From the NCBI GenBank assembly GCA_963664225.1, contig OY760937.1:4256001-4320000 (forward strand): a DNA stretch of 64,000 bases, read 5' to 3'. How positions within the stretch are numbered: the first letter of the stretch is position 1; every line of letters starts with the position of its first letter. The notes beneath the pieces are model-generated. The model had not been told where the DNA came from and made no database searches. It worked only from the letters and a program-made list of their open reading frames with translations. Source of the stretch: Verrucomicrobiia bacterium. GTDB taxonomy: Bacteria; Verrucomicrobiota; Verrucomicrobiia; Limisphaerales; UBA1319. Positions 18,792 to 30,912 of the stretch are shown piece after piece. Position numbers and translations under genes: made by a program.

Positions 18792-21700
18792 TTACGGTTT
18801 CCAGGGGGCGAGTTTCAATCTGAAGAATCGTTGAGGGACGGTTCCCAGATCGTTGGTGATGGCAAGGCTGCCGCCCGCTCCCGTAAGCGGAACGCCCAGC
18901 GGGGTCCATTGAGCAACATTCAGATCATCCTTATATTCAATCTGATAGTCCTGCCCGGCGAGCGCAGGCCAGGTCAGCGTCCAGAGGTTGCCACCCAGGA
19001 ACGCCGTTTGAAGACCCGGTGGCGGAAGGACGGTCACCTTGAAGGTCTGAAGCGCGCTCAGGCTGGGAATGCCATTGTCGGCAGCGCGTATTTCAAAGGT
19101 GCTCGTTTCCGGGGCGGAGGTCGGAGTCCAAGCAAACTGACCGCTGGCCGGATCGACGGTTGCCCCCAAGGAAGCACCTTGTTCCAGACTGAACGCGAGA
19201 GTCTGCGCCGGGAGATCGGCGTCCGTGGCAACGACGATGAAGGCGAGAGTCTGGCCCAGCGTCACCGTTTTATCGCTGATGGGCGGCATCAGAGGGGCCG
19301 CGTTGTCGAGTCGATTGGCGGCGCGCGGCGTCGGCTTGGACATGAGATTAATGGGTTCCGCCCCATCGGGATAACGCCCCTGGCTGATGTCCGGGTTTTG
19401 AGGGCCGAAGCTCACATAATCCACAGTATGGCCATCATGACCGAACAAACCGATGCTCGCGCCCGCTTTATTGAGCCTGAAATCGGCATGCAAATCCTCG
19501 GTGCCTGTCAGCGCCTTTCTGTCGGCCCATACCAGGAGAAAACCCTTGGGCTGGATGGTGTATCCGGCGGGGATCTCGAATTGCGACCAATTGGTTAAAG
19601 ATGCGGCCAGAAAGCAACCTGTCAGGTCCACTGCCTTGTCCCCGTAGTTATAGAGTTCGAACCAATCATCAAACTTGTTCGTGTCGGCTGGATTGGGAAT
19701 GGTTTTCGTGTTCGAAGCCATCCATTCATTGATCGCCACGGTCAAAGGACCGCTGACGCCGCTATTGGTTGCGCCGGGCGTGGAGAGGAAGAACGGCTGG
19801 CGGTCAAAGCTCTGCCCATCCGGAAGAGAGCCATAGGAATGATCCGGGGCCAGGTTGGTGTAATCCACGTAATCGAGGACCTGCGTCTGGCCGCTGACCG
19901 CGCGGCTTAGAGCGAGCGAGCCCGCCAGGCTGGGCAATATGAAATTAACATGCAATTCGCTGGCACTGGAAAGGTTGGTGCGGCCGTCGGCAAAGATCAC
20001 CTTGAACTCGCCGGGACTCATGGAGGCATCGGCCGGGAAAGGCCAGAGAAGCGCATTGGTGTAATTGTTGGCGAGGAACAAACCAGCCAACGGAACCGAG
20101 TTGGCGCCGGGATTATAGAGTTCGATCCATGGGGCGTGTTCCCCGGCGCTGTTCGTAATGCCGGTTAGATTATCGGCTTCCAATTCGTTGATCCACAGGG
20201 AAGGAAACGCGGGAAGGTTCGTGCGGATGGTATTCACCGCGCCGGGACTCGCAAATGCCGGGGTGAGTTTCACATTCCAGTTCCCGACCCGCCAATTGTC
20301 CTGCCGCGGATCGATGAGTTGGAGCGAACGCCCGGTGTTGCTCAAGCCATCCGGCCATGGCGCGGTATTGGAATAGTGGACCTTGGCGACCACCAGGTTG
20401 GTTGTGGCGTCGGGCTTTAGCAAAGTGAGAGTCTCGCCATTGTTTTGCAGGGAACCGGTGAATAGGTCGAAGACAGGAATACTCACGCCGTAGGCGGCGG
20501 CAAACGCTGCGCGGTCAACCGCGAGGACCAGGTAAGCACCGGGGCCGATCAACGACCCCGCCGGGAAAGTGTAGGATAATCCATTGAACCTCCATCCCGA
20601 CAAGTCGAACGCTCTGGAGGTTGAATTGTTATATAACTCCACAAATTCAGCGTTTGGAATCGTGGGCTGAACCATGATTTCGTTGATGACCACCTGTCCC
20701 ACGGGGGACGGATTGGAGCCGGAATATACGACGGACACCGTATTGCTCGCTCCAGTAACCGTTGCGCCGCGGGCGTCCACTCCAACCACCGTCAGCGTGT
20801 TGGTTCCGGTTTGGAGGGGAACGGCGGATTTCCAGCCGGAAACAGACGACCAAATGATTGGCCAGGGAACGCCGTTGAACAACAGGGCTTCCACGGCCAT
20901 GGGAGCTGTTCCGGTTATGTAAGCGACGTTATTGCTGGTAATCACCGTGGAATTGACCCCAAAGGTTCCCTGCACCTGGGCCAGTTGCGACTGGAGAAAA
21001 GTGCGGCGCTGGCTGAACCAGGTTTTGACGGGCGAAGGATCCGCAAGAGGCTGGCCATCGCACCAGGCCACGCCGTTGGCGCGCAATGACCGATACTTTG
21101 CATCCATCACAGGATTGCAGACGGCAGGGTCCAGAGGGCCGTTGATGGCATTTTGCACCGCCCGCCAGTAGGCGCGGGCGAAGGGCGGAAAGGCATACAT
21201 GCGCGTGATGGTCGGATCGTCGGCATTGAAGAGAGGGGCGGAACTTGCGGCATAGCCGCCGTTATGGAGCGGGGCCGCGAGCATCAGCCAATCCAGGTCG
21301 AACATATAGAGCTGCCATTTGCCGCCGGTGGGCAGGAAGGCGTACATGTTCTTGCCGATTTCGTGGCCGTAAGCATCGAAGTTCACAATGATGTGTTCCG
21401 CGGCGAAAATATGCATCCACTCTTCGACGTCCACCAATCCGTTGACGGCGGAAGTGTAAGGCTCGGGCGCAGTGGCATTGACGGCATCGGCCAGCGAAAA
21501 AATATTCGTGTAGTTATTCACGCGATCCGCGCCGCGCGGGAGGAAATTAAAGCGGTAGCGTTCCTCCTTCTTGGCGCCATTGGTGGTGGTGAATAATTGA
21601 AGACGAGGCGATGGATCGGCCACGAGGCTGCCGGAGTCATTGAACTCAAAGGCGCGTTCGATTTTGTAGAATTCCCCGGCGGTGTTTTTCGGGGACCATT

Positions 21701-24700
21701 CCTTGATGAAACCACCCGCTGGTTGCATGGCGGCTTCGAAGACGGCGTTACGGGCGTCGTCGGTCACACCATTGACATGCAGGCGGATCGTGTAGCGATG
21801 GCTGAAGGGCAGATTCATGCGATCGGCAATGAAGTAACCCATTTGCTCCTGCATGGCCGAGGTTTCCCCCCCATGACCGCCGGGCCAATCCAGCACGAGA
21901 TCCTGCTCGCCCAGGAACTGGTCGTCGGCGGGTGTGGTGATGGTGTATCCGCAACGGCCGCAAGTGGGGCCGCAATAGCCGGGGGCAATGTAAGGGCTGC
22001 CGGCGTAAAGAGCCTCGGTGTTGTAGATGGCCCGCGTGTTGCCCAGGACAAAGGTGACGTCGAAGGGCGAGTTATCCAGTTTGATGCGGCTGGCCCAACG
22101 GTCCATGGTGGCTTGCGTCATCCAGATGCGATACACTGGGAAATTACCGACCGGCTGTGTCTCGCCAATACGCACCAGGCACTCACGGGCGGGAGCCGTG
22201 GTGGGGAATACGCCGACAGCGGGAGATGCGGCCTTGTCGGTTGCCTGCACATAAAAGGCGATCAGTGCTCCACCAGCCTGACCGGGAATGGTGGCTGTGA
22301 AAATACCGTCCCCAGCGACTGCGTCACCGCCCGAACCGTCGTCGGTCATCGTTGCGGTGGAGTACGTGACGGTGGGATCGACCCGGTATTTTACCACAAC
22401 GGTGGAAAGACCGTCGGGATCGTTCACCCGGGCCGTGATGTGGATCGGCTCGTTCGCCGCAGGAAGAACGGGGGAATGTTTCACGTCCACAATGGCGGGC
22501 GGGGCGTTCGAGACAAAACGGCTATTGCGGGCGCCGGGTGTGCCGGGATTGGATGGGGTGGTCAACTCGGCGAGACATTCCAGCCAGTTACCGCGCAAGC
22601 GCACAAGCACTTCCGGCTGGCCTTTGAGCCAGCGGGCAGAGCCGCGAATCGTCACGTTGGCCGTGCCTGAAGCCAACGCCGTTTTCAGCGGCGTGCGCAC
22701 ACGGTTGACCTGGTTGTCCCCACGATCCACGGCACGAACATGGTAGGACTTGGTTCCAGTCCGACCTTCCGTGGTTTCCAGGCCGGAGGCGGCTTCAGTG
22801 CCCTCAGCGGTCCATCCGGTGGCGCCCGATTCAAACGTGGAATTGGCGATCAAATTGTTGCCGTTTGGATCCAACACCTGGACATCGTCGATCAGACACT
22901 CCCCGGCTCCCTCCAACAAAACCTGCAATTGATCGGCGGTCACGCTCCCGTTGTCGATGGTTCCCTTTGCGGAAAAATCGGTCCAAGGCGCCTTGGCGGA
23001 TTCGTCGCTGTCGGCCCAGTTGGGAGCCGGTTCATTATCGGACCTCGGATCGATCAATTCGAGGCTGCTGCCACCGCCGTGCGACCATTGACCCCAGCGA
23101 CCGCCGGTGCCATAGGTCACCTCATTGACCACGGGATAAATGACAGTGGTCGTCGCAATGCCGAGCAGATTCGTCGAAACAAACGCATCGGGCCGGGCCA
23201 GTGCCAGGCGTTCACCTTTTCCGGAAAGCGAACCGCCAAAATTACCCACCAGGTTGTTCGCGTTTAGATTGGGGTAATTCGTCAACATCCGGGACGCATT
23301 GCGCGCGACGACAAAATAGCCTCCGGGCGGAACGACCGCGTCATTGGGGAAGGTGAATGAGATGCCGGACACGAATTTCCAACCGCTCAGGTTCACGGTG
23401 CTGCCGCTCCGATTATACAACTCCACAAATTGATCGTCGGAATTCAGGGAGACTGGCGCATACATGATCTCGTTGATGACCAAGTCGGAGACGAGCGGCG
23501 CTTGATTATTCGTTCCAGCCGTGGGGGCGGACAGTGGACGGAAGCCGGCGGTTCCGTCAGGGGAACGGCCCGATGAAACACCGTTTTGCTGATCGGCATA
23601 ACGGACCGCATCGAGAATCCAGTTTCCGGAGGAATTCCGAAAGAGAATCAAACCGCCCGAGGCTTTCAGTGCAAAGCCGAGTTGAGCTTCATTGAGTGCG
23701 ACAAAACCGCGCGCAGGAAGCATCGTTCCCGCAGGGAAGGTCAGGTAATTAGTGTCTGAATCGTTGCTCAGGGAGCAGCCGGAAATATCGACGGGACTAA
23801 GGCTGCGGTTAAAGAGTTCCACAAAGCGGTCCGACGGTGCATCGGCATGAGCCAGGAATTCATTGATGACCACTTGTTTTTGGGGTTCGGCAGTGACGGG
23901 ATCGAGGCGTCCGGGGGATCCACCGACGGCGTCACTGGCGGCCCAGGCGAGGGAATTTCCCTCACCGAGGGATGGTTTGGCCAGTATCAGGGAATGCCCT
24001 GCGCCGTCCGCAGAGGCAGGCCATGGGGCAACCGAGTCGTAGCTGACATCTAGGAAAACACCGCCTGCGCGGCTGATCAGGCTCACGCTGCCGCTGGTGT
24101 TGGGAAGATTATTAGTGAAGGGACCAAGAACACCGGAGAGGCCGTAAACGCTTTGGACATCCTCGGGCGATCTGGCGATGACAAGGAATCCGCCACCCGC
24201 AATGACCGTTCCAGTCGGGAAGGTGTAATTGATGCTGCCGCCCAATTGATATTGGCTCAAATCCTCGGGCTCGCCCCGGGTGTTGAAAATCTCCACATAC
24301 TCCAGGCTGTTCGTGATGAACCCGAGACTGTTCGTGTGGAGAGTGCCGCGCGTATTGGCCGGATGATACATGATTTCTGAAATCACCAGGCTGGTGCGGC
24401 GGCTGGATTGACCGAGCGGTTCAAACTCGGGCACGCCGGTTGCGGATGCGCTGGTCACGGCTGAAAAATCTCTGAAGGACGCCGTGGCGAGGGTGTTGGT
24501 ATTGCGGCTGGAAACGGAAAAGCCGACATAAATGGATTGGGGCAGAGCCACGGTGCTGGCACCCAGTTGGCTCCATAGCGCGCCGTCCAGACTGGCGAAA
24601 CCAGTGAAATTATTTCCCGCGCGCTTCAGTCGCAGCCAGGTGTAGGGATAATTGACCGGAAACGAGCCGGATGCGGTTTTCGATCCATTAACCGATGCGC

Positions 24701-26303
24701 GGGATTGGAAAAACACGCCGCTGATGGATGGCGTCGCGAATACTCCGGCGCTGCGTGAGCCGGGGGTGAGATCTTCGCGCGCCAGCAGGCCTGCTTGCGC
24801 CCAGGGATCGGTCAGGCTTAAGGATTCCAAACGCACCTTGTAATCAAAATCTCCATTCCGTAATTGATGGCTGAATTGCAATTGGTCGGTGGTGCTGTTC
24901 ACGTCCGTTGAACCGCCGCCGCTGATATTGAGACCATTTCCAGCGATAACCTGATTGCCGGCAGGCAAGGAATTGCCCACAGCCTGGAGGGCATAGGAAC
25001 TGGCCACGAACTGGATTTGAGAGTTTGTGGCGATCACATTGGCCGCGGCGGATTGGTCGGTGAGGTGATTGGCCACAAGAGTGTAGAGAGCGCCTTCGGT
25101 CAACGCACTGGCAAGGTTCAGCAAAACATGATTTTGCGGGGTCTCGAGTTCGACACCAACCACCGTTAACAGGCCATTGGTTCCAGTGAGCGTGTAATTG
25201 GCGAGATTGGTGGCGGTGGCAGGGGCGATGTTCTCCGAAAAATCGACCTGGACCTGGCTCAGACCGAGGGACTGGGCATTGGTCAGCGCTGGAGGCGTCG
25301 TGTCTGCAATCACGGTCAATCTGGCCGGGTTGCTGGTGACGCTGCTGGCGGTGCCATTGGCGAGATTTGAACCGATTAACCGAAACTCCGAGGCATTATC
25401 GGAAAGAGGGGTTGCAGAAATCAGGAGAGTGGCATTGGTGGCGCCTTTTAGCAGAAGGCCATTTTTATACCATTGCACTGAAGGAGCGGGAATTCCGGCG
25501 ATGCCGACGGAGAAACTTGCTGCCGCCAGTTCGTTGACGGTGGTATCCGCAGGTTGGCTGGTGATCGCCACGGGGATTTGGGCGGCCACTTCGCCGCTGA
25601 TGGCATATATACCGGTGGAACCCGCCGGGGCCATGGCGAACGTGACGCTGGTCAAAGGATTGTTGGCAGCTCCGAGCGCCGCTTCCAGATCGATGGTTGT
25701 TTGATAAAACCGGGGATCGCTCGGACCGCCTTCCGTATGGCCGTCGCCGAGGTAAATGCGATCGACACCCTGGAGGGCAAAATCGCTGCCGTAAAACCAA
25801 TCCTGCGCATTATAGGTGGTCACGTAGGTACTGCCGTCGCTGAAATTCAAAGTCACATTGGGCGTGCCGCCGCCACTGCCCGAGTGGGCGATCAAGGCAA
25901 TCCGTTTGTAAGTGGCCGGAGTCGTCAGGGTAAGCGTACCGGAGTTCAAGCCCGTTTCACTGCTCAAGACTAGGGCGTTATTGGTGGTGAATGGTTGAAA
26001 TTGGAAAACGGTGCCGTCTCCGATTTGGCTGGTCAACGAACCATTGGCGGGCAGTCCGTAGGAGGTGCCGGGCAGGCCACTCTGGTAAAATGCCGTGCCT
26101 TCTCCTGGGTTAAACTCTTCTGCTGCAGAGTAATACGGCGGACCTGAGGCGGTATTCTCAATAACGACATCGCGATTGTAACCGGTTGCCGCAATGGGAG
26201 TCATGTTGGCGGCATTGAGACTGGCCTCCAATAAAAGCGCGATGGCGACTGCGACTTGAAGAAAACGCAATGTAAAAAGCGGAATCATAAATCTAATAAA
26301 CAT
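18792..26303 (-). CDS. Giant secreted multidomain protein: Ig-like, multiple lamin-tail domains, CotH kinase, C-terminal FFRL domain
   Basis: 2503 aa; signal peptide; repeated VINE(I/F/W) lamin-tail motifs; CotH-like [14 protein letters not shown]...FDLD. Confidence 0.88.
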   Translation of the reverse strand: MFIRFMIPLFTLRFLQVAVAIALLLEASLNAANMTPIAATGYNRDVVIENTASGPPYYSAAEEFNPGEGTAFYQSGLPGTSYGLPANGSLTSQIGDGTVFQFQPFTTNNALVLSSETGLNSGTLTLTTPATYKRIALIAHSGSGGGTPNVTLNFSDGSTYVTTYNAQDWFYGSDFALQGVDRIYLGDGHTEGGPSDPRFYQTTIDLEAALGAANNPLTSVTFAMAPAGSTGIYAISGEVAAQIPVAITSQPADTTVNELAAASFSVGIAGIPAPSVQWYKNGLLLKGATNATLLISATPLSDNASEFRLIGSNLANGTASSVTSNPARLTVIADTTPPALTNAQSLGLSQVQVDFSENIAPATATNLANYTLTGTNGLLTVVGVELETPQNHVLLNLASALTEGALYTLVANHLTDQSAAANVIATNSQIQFVASSYALQAVGNSLPAGNQVIAGNGLNISGGGSTDVNSTTDQLQFSHQLRNGDFDYKVRLESLSLTDPWAQAGLLAREDLTPGSRSAGVFATPSISGVFFQSRASVNGSKTASGSFPVNYPYTWLRLKRAGNNFTGFASLDGALWSQLGASTVALPQSIYVGFSVSSRNTNTLATASFRDFSAVTSASATGVPEFEPLGQSSRRTSLVISEIMYHPANTRGTLHTNSLGFITNSLEYVEIFNTRGEPEDLSQYQLGGSINYTFPTGTVIAGGGFLVIARSPEDVQSVYGLSGVLGPFTNNLPNTSGSVSLISRAGGVFLDVSYDSVAPWPASADGAGHSLILAKPSLGEGNSLAWAASDAVGGSPGRLDPVTAEPQKQVVINEFLAHADAPSDRFVELFNRSLSPVDISGCSLSNDSDTNYLTFPAGTMLPARGFVALNEAQLGFALKASGGLILFRNSSGNWILDAVRYADQQNGVSSGRSPDGTAGFRPLSAPTAGTNNQAPLVSDLVINEIMYAPVSLNSDDQFVELYNRSGSTVNLSGWKFVSGISFTFPNDAVVPPGGYFVVARNASRMLTNYPNLNANNLVGNFGGSLSGKGERLALARPDAFVSTNLLGIATTTVIYPVVNEVTYGTGGRWGQWSHGGGSSLELIDPRSDNEPAPNWADSDESAKAPWTDFSAKGTIDNGSVTADQLQVLLEGAGECLIDDVQVLDPNGNNLIANSTFESGATGWTAEGTEAASGLETTEGRTGTKSYHVRAVDRGDNQVNRVRTPLKTALASGTANVTIRGSARWLKGQPEVLVRLRGNWLECLAELTTPSNPGTPGARNSRFVSNAPPAIVDVKHSPVLPAANEPIHITARVNDPDGLSTVVVKYRVDPTVTYSTATMTDDGSGGDAVAGDGIFTATIPGQAGGALIAFYVQATDKAASPAVGVFPTTAPARECLVRIGETQPVGNFPVYRIWMTQATMDRWASRIKLDNSPFDVTFVLGNTRAIYNTEALYAGSPYIAPGYCGPTCGRCGYTITTPADDQFLGEQDLVLDWPGGHGGETSAMQEQMGYFIADRMNLPFSHRYTIRLHVNGVTDDARNAVFEAAMQPAGGFIKEWSPKNTAGEFYKIERAFEFNDSGSLVADPSPRLQLFTTTNGAKKEERYRFNFLPRGADRVNNYTNIFSLADAVNATAPEPYTSAVNGLVDVEEWMHIFAAEHIIVNFDAYGHEIGKNMYAFLPTGGKWQLYMFDLDWLMLAAPLHNGGYAASSAPLFNADDPTITRMYAFPPFARAYWRAVQNAINGPLDPAVCNPVMDAKYRSLRANGVAWCDGQPLADPSPVKTWFSQRRTFLQSQLAQVQGTFGVNSTVITSNNVAYITGTAPMAVEALLFNGVPWPIIWSSVSGWKSAVPLQTGTNTLTVVGVDARGATVTGASNTVSVVYSGSNPSPVGQVVINEIMVQPTIPNAEFVELYNNSTSRAFDLSGWRFNGLSYTFPAGSLIGPGAYLVLAVDRAAFAAAYGVSIPVFDLFTGSLQNNGETLTLLKPDATTNLVVAKVHYSNTAPWPDGLSNTGRSLQLIDPRQDNWRVGNWNVKLTPAFASPGAVNTIRTNLPAFPSLWINELEADNLTGITNSAGEHAPWIELYNPGANSVPLAGLFLANNYTNALLWPFPADASMSPGEFKVIFADGRTNLSSASELHVNFILPSLAGSLALSRAVSGQTQVLDYVDYTNLAPDHSYGSLPDGQSFDRQPFFLSTPGATNSGVSGPLTVAINEWMASNTKTIPNPADTNKFDDWFELYNYGDKAVDLTGCFLAASLTNWSQFEIPAGYTIQPKGFLLVWADRKALTGTEDLHADFRLNKAGASIGLFGHDGHTVDYVSFGPQNPDISQGRYPDGAEPINLMSKPTPRAANRLDNAAPLMPPISDKTVTLGQTLAFIVVATDADLPAQTLAFSLEQGASLGATVDPASGQFAWTPTSAPETSTFEIRAADNGIPSLSALQTFKVTVLPPPGLQTAFLGGNLWTLTWPALAGQDYQIEYKDDLNVAQWTPLGVPLTGAGGSLAITNDLGTVPQRFFRLKLAPWKP

Positions 26304-26887
26304 AGGTCATGGCAACTGGACAATATGCTCGGCGATTGATTTGTGGATTGTAAAGAAAGAGTGACGAATTGGAAATGGCAGCCATTCAAGAACCGCTCAA
26401 ATGAGGACAATTGCATATTCGAGTTGAGATCCCCAGGAGGGGCCGCCGGAAATTACAAAAATGGTTTTTCTTCACAGGGAAAAGAAAGCGTTTTTCATGC
26501 CATTCAAATATGCGTAAACAATTCGCTAATAATATATTGCACAGTATTGAAATGGATCAAGCCCTTAAACTTCAAAGGAGAGTATAGGGCAAGGGGACAC
26601 AAATGCTTCGGTGGCGCTCCCAGCGCGCGGAAGGAAATACATCTTGCGGGGAAGTTTTTCTGCCGCGCCGACCTCTGGTGTTTCGTGCGTTGAACGAGAA
26701 ACCGGCTTGTAAAAAATCTGGATTTATACCATTCAAGTAGTCATGTCATCACATCCTGTGGGCGTGAATCGTCAGACTGACGAGACAGAAATGCAGGTGG
26801 TGTCAGACAGCATATTGTCGCGGCAGTTTGTCCAATAATGAGACAAAACGCATGCATATCCCCCCTTAAAACCCCTGTTTTGCACGA

Positions 26888-26903
26888 TGGCAAAGCTTCT
26901 GCT
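26888..26903 (+). promoter_or_regulatory. Putative sigma54 (-24/-12) promoter upstream of fliA
   Basis: TGGCAAAGCTTCTGCT, GG-N10-GC spacing, about 190 nt before the ATG. Confidence 0.55.
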
Positions 26904-27094
26904 ATGGAGCCAATCGGATAGCCCATTTGAGAATGAAACCAACGGTCAGATCCGTCGAATCGCTGTTTTTTGTCTGGAGCGCTGCTTTCCTAAAAGGGCG
27001 GGCATTTGGGGTGGTGCGGAAACTGGAAGAGATGCAGAGCTTGTGCGGACCGCGAAATGTTGGAAGTCGAAAATGCTCAAAAGCAAGTTAAGTC

Positions 27095-27916
27095 ATGAGT
27101 GTCAACGAAACTATTTGTCTGGAGGATGCCATTGTGGGCGCTGAAACGCTTCCCAGTCGCAAGGAACTGCGCCAGCGCCGCCAGCGATCGCATGCGGGCG
27201 GCGACGCGGAAAGCGCTATGGTTGAAAAACACCTGCCTTTGGTCAGGACGATCGTTGGGCGCATTGCGGTTTCCCTCCCCTCACATGTGCTCGTTGACGA
27301 TCTTTATAGTGCGGGATTGGTGGGGTTGTTGAATGCGGTTCGTAACTTCGATCCGGCCAGCGGATCTTCCTTTGAAACTTATGCCCGCATTCGCATTCGG
27401 GGGGCGATTTTTGACGAATTGCGCCGCATGGACTGGGTGCCCCGTTCGGTTCACTCCAAGGCGCGGAAAGTGCAGGCCGCGATGCAGGAAGTGGAGCAGA
27501 AAACAGGACGCGCGGCCACTGAGGGGGAAATGGCCCTGACATTGCAAATTTCCTTGGGCGATTACCAACAGTTGCTCGATGAAATCAGGCCCGCCGCGTT
27601 TGTAAGCCTGGATGCAGTCCAGAATTCCGATGGCGAAGATGGTCCCAACTACTATGAGAATGTTGAGGATATCAGCCAGGAGAATCCGATGGACGGGACG
27701 GCGCGCAATGAAATGACGCAATTGATTGCCGGGCGGATCGAGCAATTGCCCGAGATGCAGCGCAAGGTGCTGGGACTTTATTATTTTGAAGGCCTGCGGC
27801 TGCGCGAAATAGCCGAGGCCTATGGTCTGACGGAATCGCGCATTTGCCAGATACACGTTCAGGCAATACTTTCGATCCGGGCCTATTTGAAGCAGTTCGA
27901 CACCGCAGCCAGGTGA
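27095..27916 (+). CDS. fliA: FliA/WhiG family sigma factor (sigma-28)
   Basis: DDLYSAGLVGLL.A...FDP, FETYA.IRIRGAIFDELRRMDWVPRSV, LTESRICQIH. Confidence 0.93.
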   Translation: MSVNETICLEDAIVGAETLPSRKELRQRRQRSHAGGDAESAMVEKHLPLVRTIVGRIAVSLPSHVLVDDLYSAGLVGLLNAVRNFDPASGSSFETYARIRIRGAIFDELRRMDWVPRSVHSKARKVQAAMQEVEQKTGRAATEGEMALTLQISLGDYQQLLDEIRPAAFVSLDAVQNSDGEDGPNYYENVEDISQENPMDGTARNEMTQLIAGRIEQLPEMQRKVLGLYYFEGLRLREIAEAYGLTESRICQIHVQAILSIRAYLKQFDTAAR

Positions 27917-28110
27917 ATGCCGCAGTGGCTTCTCTCTCGTGAGTAATTCCGGGACCGGATCACTCGGATTCGCGTTTCATGCTCCCCCGGCCATGTGATC
28001 GAAATGAATGGCCCACAGTAACTTCCATTAGCGCAATGCATTCTCCAATGCGCGCACTTCTTGACCTGACGCGGTATTTGCCTCATTTTCAATCAGCTTT
28101 AAGGATCGCT

Positions 28111-29496
28111 ATGGGATTGGATGATAAATTAATAGGGGAATTACGCGTTTTGGTTACGCCGGAACCGGTCTTGACCGCGCAGGAGGACTTGATTCCGTAT
28201 AGTTTCGACGGCACTGCGGGTCTGCGGCAGATGCCGGGCTGCGTCGTTTTTCCGCGCACGACCAAGGCCGTTTCCGAGTTGCTCCGCTGGGCGGATCGCA
28301 ACGCCGTTCCCGTGGTGACGCGCGGTTCGGGCACGGGGCTGAGCGGGGGGAGTGTTCCCACGCCGGGCTGCATTGTTTTGTGCACGGTGAAAATGGACCG
28401 TGTGCTGGAAGTGGACCGCAAGAACCTGACTTTGATGGCTGAAGTGGGTGCCACGACTCAGTCGATCTCGGATGCCGCAGGCGCTGCCGGGCTGTTTTAT
28501 CCGCCGGACCCGGGATCGATGAAGATCTCGTCCATCGGCGGGAACGTTGCTGAAAATTCCGGTGGTTTGCGGGGTTTGAAGTATGGCGTGACCCGGGACT
28601 ATGTGATGGGCATGGAAGTGGTGCTGGCCCAGGGCGAAGTGGTTTGGATGGGGAGCAAGTGTGTGAAGGATGTGGCTGGCTTCTCACTCAAGGATTTGTT
28701 TGTCGGTTCAGAAGGCACTTTGGGGGTCATCACGCGGGTGCTGCTCAAACTTATTCCCAAGCCCAAAACCAAGAAGACCATGCTGGCCGTGTTTCCTGCG
28801 ATGGACAAGGCGGCGGCAACCATCTCTGCGATCATCGAGGCGCAAATCATTCCCTGCACGCTCGAGTTTCTGGACCAGACAACGATGCGGTGCGTTGAGG
28901 ATTATGTGCATATCGGCCTGCCTCTGGACGGCGCGGCGGTGGTGTTGATGGAGACGGATGGGCATCCGGCGGTGGTGGCCGAGGAGGCCGCGCGCATGGA
29001 ACAAATCTGCCGGGACCACGGCTGCACCTCGGTTCGTGTGGCCAGGGATGACGAGGAGGCCAATCAACTGGCGAGCGCACGCAGAACGGCGTTTTCAGCG
29101 CTGGCGCGCGTGGCGCCCACGACCATTCTTGAGGATGTCACAGTACCCCGGAGCGAGCTGGCCCGGATGGTCGCTTTCATCCAAACGACAGCCATGAATT
29201 ACCGGTTGAAAGTCGGGATCTTTGGCCACATGGGGGATGGGAATCTGCATCCGACTTTTCTGACGGATGAGCGGAATCACGAGGAGATGGAGCGCGTGGA
29301 GAAGGCGTTGAAGGAGATTGTGACGGAAACCGTGCGGTTGGGCGGGACGGTCACCGGGGAACACGGTGTGGGCCTGGCCAAGAAGCCGTTTTTGAAGGAG
29401 GCGCTGGGAGAAGCCCAGTTGCGCGTGATGCGGGAATTACGTCGGGCGCTGGATCCCAAGGGGATTTTGAATCCCGGCAAGATAATGGATTTGTGA
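28111..29496 (+). CDS. glcD: Glycolate oxidase subunit GlcD-like FAD-linked oxidase
   Basis: RGSGTGLSGG, YPPDPGS, GSEGTLG, GHMGDGNLHP, TGEHGVG, LNPGK. Confidence 0.9.
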   Translation: MGLDDKLIGELRVLVTPEPVLTAQEDLIPYSFDGTAGLRQMPGCVVFPRTTKAVSELLRWADRNAVPVVTRGSGTGLSGGSVPTPGCIVLCTVKMDRVLEVDRKNLTLMAEVGATTQSISDAAGAAGLFYPPDPGSMKISSIGGNVAENSGGLRGLKYGVTRDYVMGMEVVLAQGEVVWMGSKCVKDVAGFSLKDLFVGSEGTLGVITRVLLKLIPKPKTKKTMLAVFPAMDKAAATISAIIEAQIIPCTLEFLDQTTMRCVEDYVHIGLPLDGAAVVLMETDGHPAVVAEEAARMEQICRDHGCTSVRVARDDEEANQLASARRTAFSALARVAPTTILEDVTVPRSELARMVAFIQTTAMNYRLKVGIFGHMGDGNLHPTFLTDERNHEEMERVEKALKEIVTETVRLGGTVTGEHGVGLAKKPFLKEALGEAQLRVMRELRRALDPKGILNPGKIMDL

Positions 29497-30812
29497 TGAA
29501 CACAGCCAATTCCTCGATTTCCCGATTGAAGAGTCTGGATTATTCAGTGGTGCAGCAATGCATGCATTGCGGGTTGTGTCTGCCCACGTGTCCGACCTAC
29601 ACCGCCACGAAGATGGAGCGTCACAGCCCGCGCGGGCGCATCTCGCTGGTCCGGGCCATTGCGGACGGCAGGATGGACCTCACCAAGACGTTCGCGGAGG
29701 AGATGTATTTTTGTCTCGGCTGCCTGGCGTGTACCAGCGCGTGTCCCGCCGGGGTGAACTATGCGGAAATCTTCGAAGTCGCGCGCGCCTCGGCCGAGGA
29801 GAGCGGGATTTTAAAATCGCCCAAGCGCAAGCTCATCCGCTGGTTCACGGTCAAATGGCTGTTCATGGATCTGAGGCGGCTGCTGTTCGTCGGCAAACTG
29901 ATGCGATTCTATCAGGCCCTGGGTCTGCAAAAGCTTTTGCGGGGCAGTGGTGTGATGAAGCTCATGCCCGCACGGCTTCAGGAATTGGAGTCCATGACGC
30001 CGGACATTCCGGCCAAATTCTCCGCGGGATTGATTCCGGTGATCACTCCGGCGCGCGGGAAGAAGCGTTTTCGCGTGGCGATGCTCACGGGTTGCGCACA
30101 GGACCTGATTTTCAGCGAGATCAACCGGGACACGGTCGAGGTGCTGGCGCAAAACGGTTGCGAAGTTTACACGCCCCACAATCAATCCTGCTGCGGATCG
30201 CTTCACGGTCATAATGGGGAATGGGGTCTGGCGCAGGTGCTGGCCCGGCGCAATATCGACCAGTTTCCACCGGAGGAATTCGACGCGATCATCAGTAACG
30301 CGGGCGGCTGCGGTTCGCATCTCAAGCATTACCACCAGTTTCTGGCGGACGATCCGGCGTATGCCGAACGGGCCGCGCTCTGGGATGCCAAGCTCAAGGA
30401 TGTGCATGAGTGGCTGGCGCGAACCGGTCTGACGCCGGTGCCCGCCCGCAATGCGATGGCGCAAAAGGTGACGTATCACGAGTCCTGCCATCTGGCCCAT
30501 GGCCAGAAGATCACGCTCGAGCCGCGTCAATTGCTGCGGGCCATTCCGGGCCTTGAACTGATCGAATTGCCGGAGAGCAACTGGTGCTGCGGCAGCGCGG
30601 GTATTTATAACCTGACGCAGCCGGAAATGGCCAACGCCCTGCAGGATCGGAAAATGAAGAATATTCAGAGCACGGGCGCGCCGATTGTGGCGAATGGAAA
30701 TTCCGGATGCCTGCTGCAACTGATCAACGGGGCCAAACAGCGCAACATGAAAATCCGCGTGGTTCACCCCGTGACATTGCTGGCTGAGGCGTACCGCAGA
30801 GCGGCGGTGTGA
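29496..30812 (+). CDS. glcF: Glycolate oxidase iron-sulfur subunit GlcF-like
   Basis: CMHCGLCLPTCP, CLGCLACTSACP and two CCG domains; start overlaps the glcD stop (TGATG). Confidence 0.9.
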   Translation: MNTANSSISRLKSLDYSVVQQCMHCGLCLPTCPTYTATKMERHSPRGRISLVRAIADGRMDLTKTFAEEMYFCLGCLACTSACPAGVNYAEIFEVARASAEESGILKSPKRKLIRWFTVKWLFMDLRRLLFVGKLMRFYQALGLQKLLRGSGVMKLMPARLQELESMTPDIPAKFSAGLIPVITPARGKKRFRVAMLTGCAQDLIFSEINRDTVEVLAQNGCEVYTPHNQSCCGSLHGHNGEWGLAQVLARRNIDQFPPEEFDAIISNAGGCGSHLKHYHQFLADDPAYAERAALWDAKLKDVHEWLARTGLTPVPARNAMAQKVTYHESCHLAHGQKITLEPRQLLRAIPGLELIELPESNWCCGSAGIYNLTQPEMANALQDRKMKNIQSTGAPIVANGNSGCLLQLINGAKQRNMKIRVVHPVTLLAEAYRRAAV

Positions 30813-30912
30813 GGTCTTTTCGGATCTCAAAAGTCTCGGCTATATAATTCGATGTCAGACCTCAGCTCACAGGTTGGATAGGTGAGCCGAACTGGGGGTG
30901 GGGCATCGCTGG

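Noticed and set aside
26319..26819. 11-bp inverted match GACAATATGCT / AGCATATTGTC about 490 bp apart
   Set aside because: Does not extend; plausible by chance in a spacer this long
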